A stretch of DNA of 64,000 nucleotides from an uncultured delta proteobacterium (GTDB lineage: Bacteria > Desulfobacterota > Binatia > Binatales > Binataceae). Below the pieces are notes generated by a model. The model made no database searches and was not told the DNA's origin. It saw nothing but the letters and a program-made list of their open reading frames with translations. Both the position numbers and the translations under genes were made by a program. This document shows, in pieces, positions 55,813 to 64,000 of this stretch. The stretch lies in contig CAVQEQ010000003.1 in NCBI GenBank assembly GCA_963711565.1, positions 1,088,001-1,152,000 of the forward strand. The letters run 5' to 3'. Within the stretch, counting starts at the first letter, position 1. Each line of letters begins with the position of its first letter.

Positions 55813-57573
55813 CTACATCCCCAGATACGCTGGGACGAACAACCCCATATCCAGCGTCCCCCAGCCGCTGGCTTTGTCGTAGCCGGGGCCGGCGGAAAAT
55901 CCGGTGACGCCGTTGAAGTTCGTGTTGCCCATCGTCACGTCGCGGATTCCGGTCGTCGCGCCGTTGGCTTGCACGCCTAGCTGGTAGATTCGCGTGTTCA
56001 AATTGCCGACCGGAGCGCCGTTGGCCTGCGAGATCAGCTGGCTGATGCCTGCCCATGTCGGAGCGCCGATGCTGGTGCCGCCGACGCAGCATGTCACGGT
56101 CGGCACGCCGTCACCGTCGCGGCTGCCGTAGAAGAAACCGGGCGATTCGGGACTGGCGCCGAACGAGATGTCGGGAACGTCGCGCTTCTTGTCGGTGGGG
56201 ATGATCCCCTTCTGAAACTTGGGCTTCTTGAAGTATCTACTCTCGCCGCCCCCAGCCGCGCCTGAGCCGTCATTCCATACCGACTCTGCGACGAAGCCGA
56301 CGTCGTTACCGGCTTCGTAGTCAGGTGTGAACTCGGTGCCGCCAATCGCGGTCACGTTTGGCGAGCCCGCCAGTTCATTGATGCTGCGCGTCGTGCCGGT
56401 GACGCAGCTTTCCGTCTTTGCATCGACCTTCAATCCCGCGGCACCGTTGTCGCCGGTCGCGACGAACACCGACTGACCTTGCGCGGCCGCCTGCGCGAAA
56501 AATCCGTTCTGAGTTTTGTAGAAGCCCTTCGATCCGCCGCAGAAGCCGAAGCTGATGCCGATCGCGGTGCACGGGCTGTTCTTTTCCCGCACCGCCGCGT
56601 GGATTGCGTCGAGAATCGCCGACGACGCCGAGTGCTGTTCATCGCCGAGATAAATCCGGATGTTCGAGCCGGGCGCGACCGCGTGCGAGTAGCTCACATC
56701 GACCATCGTCTCGAGTTCGTCGCTGTTCTGCCCCGGGTCCACGCCGTCAACCAGGACCGTACTGAAGTTCGATCCGGTGAGCGCGGGCAGGCCGAACTGG
56801 CTGTTGAACTCGTTCGCGGCAACCTCGTCGATATTGGAATCCTCGACCACCGCAACGCATCCGTTGCCGCTGCCGTCGAGGTCGCGGTTCAACAGCGGCG
56901 TCTCGTCGTAGAAAGTATAAATGTCGGCGGGACCGAAGGCCGGCCCCGTATCATCGACGACCGAGGCCGGCGAAGCGCCGCCCGGCGCCGGCTTCGACGC
57001 GCGACGGATAAGCGGCGCGCTGTGGAGCAGGTTGTCGAGGCCGCGGATCGATTCGATCAGTGGTGCCAACTCGGCCGGCACAGTCGGGTCGCGGAGGTTC
57101 GAATACAGGCGGCCGTCTGCCGTCGCGGCAATCTTCACGCTGAAAACGTTTTGCGCCTCCGCGACCGTGCCGGTGAAAGAGATCTCACGCGTCGAGGCGT
57201 CGGCAGAAGTGACGGCGAAACCCTTCCGCTTGAGCCATCGCGTGACGCGCGCGAGGTCGGCGTCGGTGGGTCCGAAGCGGCTGGTAAACTCGTCGGGCGT
57301 CAGCCATCGATGGTACTCCGGCGACGCGGGATCCTGCTGAGCGGCGATCAATCGTGCGAGGTCGCCGGAGTTGCGTAGCGCCATCGTAAGACGCATCGCG
57401 AGCGTCTGCGAAGGCGATGCGGCCGCCGCGCCTACGATCCCGGCGGCTTCGTCGGGATGGTTGCCGTCGAGGATGGTCGCGGGACCATCGGCCGCCGCCG
57501 GATGAGCGAGCGCGACAATCAAACAAAGCGCTGCCGGGAGGATAAACCGCCGCGACGCCCCAAACCTGCCCAT
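55813..57573 (-). CDS. S53 (sedolisin/kumamolisin) peptidase with pro-domain
   Basis: Signal peptide, YHRWLTPDEF..RFGP pro-domain, ETMVD, GDNG, RDVPD, GGTS, GYD..SGWG. Confidence 0.92.
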   Translation of the reverse strand: MGRFGASRRFILPAALCLIVALAHPAAADGPATILDGNHPDEAAGIVGAAAASPSQTLAMRLTMALRNSGDLARLIAAQQDPASPEYHRWLTPDEFTSRFGPTDADLARVTRWLKRKGFAVTSADASTREISFTGTVAEAQNVFSVKIAATADGRLYSNLRDPTVPAELAPLIESIRGLDNLLHSAPLIRRASKPAPGGASPASVVDDTGPAFGPADIYTFYDETPLLNRDLDGSGNGCVAVVEDSNIDEVAANEFNSQFGLPALTGSNFSTVLVDGVDPGQNSDELETMVDVSYSHAVAPGSNIRIYLGDEQHSASSAILDAIHAAVREKNSPCTAIGISFGFCGGSKGFYKTQNGFFAQAAAQGQSVFVATGDNGAAGLKVDAKTESCVTGTTRSINELAGSPNVTAIGGTEFTPDYEAGNDVGFVAESVWNDGSGAAGGGESRYFKKPKFQKGIIPTDKKRDVPDISFGASPESPGFFYGSRDGDGVPTVTCCVGGTSIGAPTWAGISQLISQANGAPVGNLNTRIYQLGVQANGATTGIRDVTMGNTNFNGVTGFSAGPGYDKASGWGTLDMGLFVPAYLGM

Positions 57574-57690
57574 CAAACTTGTAGATCCTCCCATTAATAT
57601 AAACGAATCGGGGGTCGATTGATTCAACGCGAGCCAAACGCGCAATGGAGCAAAATATAACAACTAGTAGAGACCCAGGGAAGGAACAAT

Positions 57691-57748
57691 CACCGGGTGC
57701 AGGGGTCACCCCTGCCGAAGGAAGTATGAAACCCACCGCGGGTTTCAT
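57691..57748 (+). repeat. Repeat family A, full copy
   Basis: caccgggtgcaggggtcacccctgccgaaggaagtatgaaacccaccgcgggtttcat. Confidence 0.85.
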
Positions 57749-57784
57749 GTGAGATTAAATGACCTGCCCTTCCGAATTGCCGCG

Positions 57785-57813
57785 TTGACAAGAGCAGCCG
57801 CGCACCGGACAAT
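57785..57813 (+). promoter_or_regulatory. Sigma70-type promoter of rpoZ, implying a near-leaderless mRNA
   Basis: TTGACA-N17-GACAAT ending 9 nt before the ATG; no SD. Confidence 0.6.
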
Positions 57814-57822
57814 CATCTCCTA

Positions 57823-58017
57823 ATGGCACGAATTACCGTAGAAGATTGCCTGGAGAACATCCCCAACCGCTTCGAGCTTGTGCTCGGCGCGGCGCGGCGC
57901 GCCAAACAGTTGCTCAAGGGCGCGCGCCCACTGGTGGAATCGGACAACAAGGAAGTAGTCACGGCGCTGCGCGAAATCGCCGCCGGCAAGGTCACGATCG
58001 AACAGCCCGACGCCTGA
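57823..58017 (+). CDS. rpoZ: RNA polymerase omega subunit
   Basis: [10 protein letters not shown]...[21 protein letters not shown]. Confidence 0.96.
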   Translation: MARITVEDCLENIPNRFELVLGAARRAKQLLKGARPLVESDNKEVVTALREIAAGKVTIEQPDA

Positions 58018-58122
58018 CCGGGCGCGATCGGATATCAACCGACACGGCTCGAAGCCGACAGCGGCCAGAGCATTAGTGGTCCGCATCTCTTCCCTGCATT
58101 GTGGTGAAGCTGGAGCCGTTCT

Positions 58123-59271
<1,149 letters not shown>

Positions 59272-59357
59272 GTATTCTTTATCTACCCCATTGCCGCTGA
59301 TAGGCGCCGCTTGCGATAATGACAATCGAGGCGGATTGCGCAAGGAGCTTGCAATCA

Positions 59358-60089
59358 ATGCGAGAACGCAGTTGCGCGCTGGTGGTGGTGGGTAACGAAA
59401 TCCTTTCCGGCAAGGTTCAGGACTCGAACGCGTACTTCGCGGCTCGCGAGCTGCGCAAGATTGGCGTCGCCCTCGCTCGCATCGCAACTATCCCCGATGA
59501 ACTCGATCTGATCGCCGGCGAAGTCGCGTACTGCTCGCGCAACTTCGATTTCGTAATCACTTCTGGCGGCGTCGGCCCGACGCATGACGATCTCACGATG
59601 GAAGGAGTGGCGCGCGCGTTCAAGCGGCGCCTCGTGATGAATCCTGTGCTCGAGGCGCTCGTCCGCGAGCATTTCCGCGAGCGCTCGCTCAACGCCGGCA
59701 TGAGGATGGCCCAGGTGCCCGAGGGTGCGGTGCTCAACGACGCCGGCGACATCCGCTTTCCGACCGTGCAGATCGAAAACGTGTACGTGCTGCCGGGAAT
59801 CCCGCAACTGTTCGAGGCCAAGCTGCGCGGGCTCAGCAGCCGCTTCGCAACCGACCCGTATTTCATGCGCGCGATCTATCTCAGCGCGAACGAAGGCGCG
59901 ATCGCCGAGCACCTGAACGAATGCATGCGCAGTTTTCCCGAGTTGATGCTGGGTTCGTATCCGCGGATCGGAGATCCCGATTACCGCGTGAAGTTAACGC
60001 TCGAGTCGAAAAACGCGGAGTATCTCGAGCGCGCGTTTCGTCATCTGATGCGGCTGCTGCCGGCCGATGCGGTGGTCAAAACTGAGTAG
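59358..60089 (+). CDS. CinA N-terminal / molybdopterin-binding-fold protein
   Basis: GNEILSG...DSN, GGVGPTHDDLT, LPGIP, GSYP. Confidence 0.88.
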   Translation: MRERSCALVVVGNEILSGKVQDSNAYFAARELRKIGVALARIATIPDELDLIAGEVAYCSRNFDFVITSGGVGPTHDDLTMEGVARAFKRRLVMNPVLEALVREHFRERSLNAGMRMAQVPEGAVLNDAGDIRFPTVQIENVYVLPGIPQLFEAKLRGLSSRFATDPYFMRAIYLSANEGAIAEHLNECMRSFPELMLGSYPRIGDPDYRVKLTLESKNAEYLERAFRHLMRLLPADAVVKTE

Positions 60090-60131
60090 CAAATTACCCG
60101 TGGTGGTGGTGGAGGAAATCAGGAGGAAATC

Positions 60132-60731
60132 ATGAGGCAAGGAAATTTCAGATTCGGATTGATCGCAATCGGACTCGCGGTGATGCTCGCGATGCCGGCC
60201 GGTCCGCTCTCGCAATACGCCGCGGCCCAATCCGCGCAGCCGGTCGGCGCCCCGGGCGGAACGCAGATCCCGCAGCCGCCGGACAATAGCGTCAACTGGC
60301 CCGGCGCGGGCTACGGTGCCGGCGCGCTGCTCTGCAACGTGCTCTACATCCCGGCCAAGCTGACCTACGCGATCCTCGGTGGAATCGTCGGCGGCGGAAC
60401 CTACCTGGTGACCGCCGGCAATCAGCAGGCGGCCAACACGGTCTGGCGCAGCTCGCTCGGCGGCGATTACGTGGTAACGCCGCAGATGCTCGCGGGGACG
60501 CAGCCGATCAATTTCAGCGGGCCGACGAGCACCCCGCCCAACGTCCCGGCGCCCTCGACGAGCTCATCGTCGAGCATGACGACGACAACCGCGAGCTCCG
60601 GTGGCATCGCGCCGATCACGCCGCTGCCGGCGGCGGGCACGTCCGCAAATAGTTCGTCGCCAACCGGCGGCCAGCCGCTCGATCACGGCGCTGGCCCCGC
60701 AGGCGGACCCTCGGGCGCGAACATCGAGTAG
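60132..60731 (+). CDS. Exported/membrane hypothetical protein with Ser/Pro-rich tail
   Basis: AGGAGG RBS, signal peptide, NVLYIPAK. Confidence 0.75.
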   Translation: MRQGNFRFGLIAIGLAVMLAMPAGPLSQYAAAQSAQPVGAPGGTQIPQPPDNSVNWPGAGYGAGALLCNVLYIPAKLTYAILGGIVGGGTYLVTAGNQQAANTVWRSSLGGDYVVTPQMLAGTQPINFSGPTSTPPNVPAPSTSSSSSMTTTTASSGGIAPITPLPAAGTSANSSSPTGGQPLDHGAGPAGGPSGANIE

Positions 60732-60755
60732 TCGCAGCTAAACGGCGAGTCGTGC

Positions 60756-61106
60756 ATGAAGAAAATCCGTTTCTTTTGGAAATCGACATGCACGACTTGC
60801 CGCGACGCAAGAAACTTCCTGCGCAATGACGTGGGCGCCGCCCTCGACGAACGCGACTACGCGAAGATCCCTCTGCGCGAATCCGAACTGAAGGATCTGT
60901 TCGCCGGCCGCGACCCGCGCGATTACCTAAACCCGCGCAGTCCGGCTTTCAAGGCGATGGGTCTGGAGGGCAAATCGCTGACACCCGAACAGGCGTTGGC
61001 CCTGATGGCAAAGGAACCGAATCTAATCAAGCGCCCAATCGTAGTCGTCGGCAAAGAAATGATCGCCGGCTTCGACCGCGAACGGCTGCGCTCTGCACTG
61101 AAGTAG
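60756..61106 (+). CDS. ArsC/Spx family protein
   Basis: CTTC, PNLIKRP, GF. Confidence 0.88.
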   Translation: MKKIRFFWKSTCTTCRDARNFLRNDVGAALDERDYAKIPLRESELKDLFAGRDPRDYLNPRSPAFKAMGLEGKSLTPEQALALMAKEPNLIKRPIVVVGKEMIAGFDRERLRSALK

Positions 61107-61239
61107 CCACCGCTGAGAGCAGACAGTATGTACTGCCGTCGTTCGGAGAGGTTGACTCGACTGAGCACTACAGGGCCGGACTCACACCCGATCTCGGCTT
61201 GCGCTAGAATAGTCACGACCTTAGAGGGCAAAAACTGCG

Positions 61240-63054
61240 ATGGACAACACGAGTTCGGAACAGCGGATTGGCGACTATCGGTTGCTGTCAAAGATTGGCG
61301 AGGGCAAATCAGGCGTGGTGCACCTAGCAACGCCCGCAGTCACCAAGCCGTTCGCGGTTCCCGGACAGCCGGTCGCTCTCAAGATCTATCGTCCTGAAAT
61401 TCTACACGAACCGAATCAAGTGGACCGGATCGAGAATGAGGCGCGGGTCGGGCAGGAGATCGCGCACCCCAACGTCGCGAGAATCTACGAGCACGAGATA
61501 CTAAGAAATGCCACTTCCAAGGAGATCGACCAGGCATTCTTAGTGATGGAGTACGTGGACGGAATAACACTTCACAAGTGGCTCTCGATGTTTCATCGGA
61601 TTTCCGACCGCTTGTTGCTGAGGATATTTCGCCAACTGGTCGATGGCACCAACGCGCTACACGAAAAAGGCGTGATCCATCGGGACATCAAGCCCACGAA
61701 CATCCTCGTCTCTTCGACTTTCCAGGCGAAAATTACCGACTTCGGCGTGGTTAAGGTTAAAGACACGCCGCCTGGCGGGAGCACTCCGGAAGACAAGTTC
61801 CTCGGCACAATACGCAACGCGTCACCCGAACTTCTTTTTGGAGAAAAGTTCGATCATCGCGCCGACCTCTATTCACTTGGAACTGTATTGTTCGCGCTGC
61901 TTCATGGCGTTGAGATTTTCGCCGCAGAGAATCAGTTCGCTCGACTCATTGAACTCAAGAAACATCAAGATCCGGAGTTCGATACGGCATTCGCCGGCAA
62001 GCCGATCCGCAGTAGGCTTGCGGCTCTCGCGAAGAAGTTATTGAGTCGCGACCCAATGGAGCGGCCCGAATCGGCCCAAGCCGTCCAGCAGGAAATCGCG
62101 GAGATTGAAAAACTTATGCCCACGGGTGAGGACGAGCCCGAGCCCCTCCATGGTTACATCGCCACGGCATTGACCGGATTGGGTCCAGACGTACGCGAGG
62201 CCATAGTTTTCGCTTCACATTCCATCGTGGCAGAGTGTAAGGAACACGAGCTCTACGTATATCAGCCTCGACTAGCGTCCGATCCCGTCTCTCATTCAGA
62301 CGTGAGCGCCGAGGAGGTTTATCGATTGGATCGGGGTCGAGTGGTCGCGGCCGATGTCCTTTTCGTGTTGGCCAATCAGCCTAGTCTCGGGGTCGGACAG
62401 GAGATTGAGATCGCTTCAAGCTATGGCAAGCCGACGATATTGATAGCGCGTGAAGGAGTCACGGTTTCCCGGATGACCAAGGGTAGCTATGCGAACTTGA
62501 TCGGTGAGATCACTTACGCCTCGCCCGAGGATCTTCACAAAAAACTCGGAGAGCTGCTGCGGACCAACATCGGAAGGCTGCGTTCACTCAGGGCGGGTCT
62601 CAATGTCCGCGCCGTGACGCCACTTGCCGATCGATTTTCAGAGGCTCGGAAGGCCGCAGGCTATTCGCTGGCAGAGGCTGCGATGAAGTGTGGAATTTCT
62701 CAGGCACTCTTGCGCGCGATCGAGAACGGGCAGAATGATAATTTCGGAATCGTGATCATCAACAAGCTGTGCGTTCTATATGGCATTTCTGTAGACGAGC
62801 TCCTGAAGACCGAGCCGGTCAGGGCGAAGCCTACAGGACCTGATCCGAACGTGCGCCGGTTGGAGAGCGTTGCACGACGCTTAAGCTGGCCGACCACGGA
62901 TCTTCTTGAGCTTCGCGATGAATATTCCGCAGAGCTAGCGGCTTCGGGTGCTCACACAGACATCTCTGAGGAAGAGTGGGAACAACGGCACGCTGCATCA
63001 CAGAAGCAGAAGCTCAAAGAAGCAACTCATCAAAAGAAATTCGAGGGTTTTTGA
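61240..63054 (+). CDS. Fusion: Hanks-type Ser/Thr kinase + nucleoside 2-deoxyribosyltransferase-like domain + XRE HTH
   Basis: Kinase: GEGKSG, VALK, HRDIKPTN, DFG, SPE, DLYSLG. NDT: YIATA..YQP..D...AADV..SLGVGQEI..A...KP. HTH: ARKAAGYSLAEAA..CGIS....IENG...LYGISVDELL. Confidence 0.85.
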   Translation: MDNTSSEQRIGDYRLLSKIGEGKSGVVHLATPAVTKPFAVPGQPVALKIYRPEILHEPNQVDRIENEARVGQEIAHPNVARIYEHEILRNATSKEIDQAFLVMEYVDGITLHKWLSMFHRISDRLLLRIFRQLVDGTNALHEKGVIHRDIKPTNILVSSTFQAKITDFGVVKVKDTPPGGSTPEDKFLGTIRNASPELLFGEKFDHRADLYSLGTVLFALLHGVEIFAAENQFARLIELKKHQDPEFDTAFAGKPIRSRLAALAKKLLSRDPMERPESAQAVQQEIAEIEKLMPTGEDEPEPLHGYIATALTGLGPDVREAIVFASHSIVAECKEHELYVYQPRLASDPVSHSDVSAEEVYRLDRGRVVAADVLFVLANQPSLGVGQEIEIASSYGKPTILIAREGVTVSRMTKGSYANLIGEITYASPEDLHKKLGELLRTNIGRLRSLRAGLNVRAVTPLADRFSEARKAAGYSLAEAAMKCGISQALLRAIENGQNDNFGIVIINKLCVLYGISVDELLKTEPVRAKPTGPDPNVRRLESVARRLSWPTTDLLELRDEYSAELAASGAHTDISEEEWEQRHAASQKQKLKEATHQKKFEGF

Positions 63055-63878
63055 TCGTGGACGCAACTCACCGTCGCTTCGAGACGCTATTCGACAGCAT
63101 CCGCCATCGTCGAGGCAGTTGGCGAGCCACGGTTGCTGAGAAACTGCGAATGGTTAGACTTGCTGTCCAAGAGGCTGGATGCGGAGCGGTCCCTACAGAT
63201 CTTACGCGTCTCGCTCGGCACCTTCGCGTTGTGAAAATTACCGAAAGATCGCTCACGATGCGCGGGCGCATCCTTCGCTCCGAGCTGGGTTACGAGATCC
63301 AGATAAACGAGGAACTACCGGATACATCGAAACGCGACGTTCTCGCGCACGAGCTTTCTCATCTGGTTGTCGAGGATAGAAGTATTGCGACTTCGAACAG
63401 GCTCAATCGCGAGCGCAGTGATTTCGCTTCCTCCTACGGCTCCGTTGAGAAACTATGCGACGAATGCGCGTTCGAGATACTGTTGCCACTTGGCTGGCTG
63501 CGCGATAGGTTGCGCGGCACTCGACCGTCCGCCGAGGTCTTGCGTAACATCGCAGAGGCTGCGGGATGCAGTGTCGAATACGCAGCCAAGCGGATATGGA
63601 CCGAGGCACTGTGGGATTGCAGATTTTCGGTTTGGCAGAGCGCAGGGGATAGAACATTTGCGTTGCGGTCCTACCCGCCCGAGCCGGCTGAGACGCTCGC
63701 GTCATGGGCTCTTGAGTTAGCTGCTAAATCCGCCCCGTCCTCGCTGTCCCCGCATGGCAATCAGAGCCTTCGTGAGATCTCTGCGCGATTCGAATGTATG
63801 GGCGTTCGACGCACCGTGGCTTGTCTTGTGGAAGAATCAACGGTTTTGGTCGTTGACCTAGGCAAATCAAAGCCTTAA
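63051..63878 (+). CDS. ImmA/IrrE family Zn metallopeptidase
   Basis: I.INE, AHELSH (HExxH), EKLCDECAFEILLP, then an HTH-like segment; TTG overlaps the kinase stop (alternative GTG 63057). Confidence 0.82.
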   Translation: MIVDATHRRFETLFDSIRHRRGSWRATVAEKLRMVRLAVQEAGCGAVPTDLTRLARHLRVVKITERSLTMRGRILRSELGYEIQINEELPDTSKRDVLAHELSHLVVEDRSIATSNRLNRERSDFASSYGSVEKLCDECAFEILLPLGWLRDRLRGTRPSAEVLRNIAEAAGCSVEYAAKRIWTEALWDCRFSVWQSAGDRTFALRSYPPEPAETLASWALELAAKSAPSSLSPHGNQSLREISARFECMGVRRTVACLVEESTVLVVDLGKSKP

Positions 63879-63962
63879 CCCGGAGCGTGCTTCAGCATCG
63901 TGCGCGCGCGTGCAATAGCCTGTGCGCGATGCTATTTCCTGAGTCAGGCGAGGTGTTTCTTC

Positions 63963-64000
63963 ATGCCATTCTCTGACGATCTCTTTTTCGCTCCCGCTCA
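63963..64000 (+). CDS. Start of a further gene, truncated by the window edge
   Basis: GAGGTG RBS, then MPFSDDLFFAPA. Confidence 0.5.
   Translation, partial: MPFSDDLFFAPA

Overview
GC-rich bacterial chromosomal segment of about 70 genes. The gene content resembles Candidatus Binatota or related deltaproteobacteria-like soil bacteria, which is an inference only. No rRNA, tRNA, CRISPR array, integrase or transposase was seen. The backbone carries metabolic and housekeeping genes: thiC, a lone nuoI, moeZ, asd, trmJ, mce, eutBC, rpoZ, rpoH, peroxiredoxins and a Rieske dioxygenase pair with a TetR regulator. It also has a SAM-I riboswitch-led sulfur-carrier operon (ThiF, thrC-like, MoaD/CysO, cysM, NIL, then cysC and sat) and a probable sulfoquinovose monooxygenase / NAD+-dependent sulfoquinovosidase pair. 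Three defence-like insertions are present: an XamI-family type II R-M pair, a helicase-less type ISP/IIG-like R-M fusion, and at the right end the best novel-system candidate. That candidate is a Ser/Thr kinase - nucleoside deoxyribosyltransferase-like - XRE-HTH triple fusion coupled to an ImmA/IrrE metallopeptidase, with a third gene starting at the window edge. Other notable signals: near-absence of GTCGAC, a duplicated gene start around a two-gene insert, several REP/MITE-like repeat families (one translated in frame inside eutC), a repeated 4-Cys micro-domain, an unannotated 35-aa basic ORF and two single-base frameshifts. All family calls come from motif recognition by eye, not database searches.
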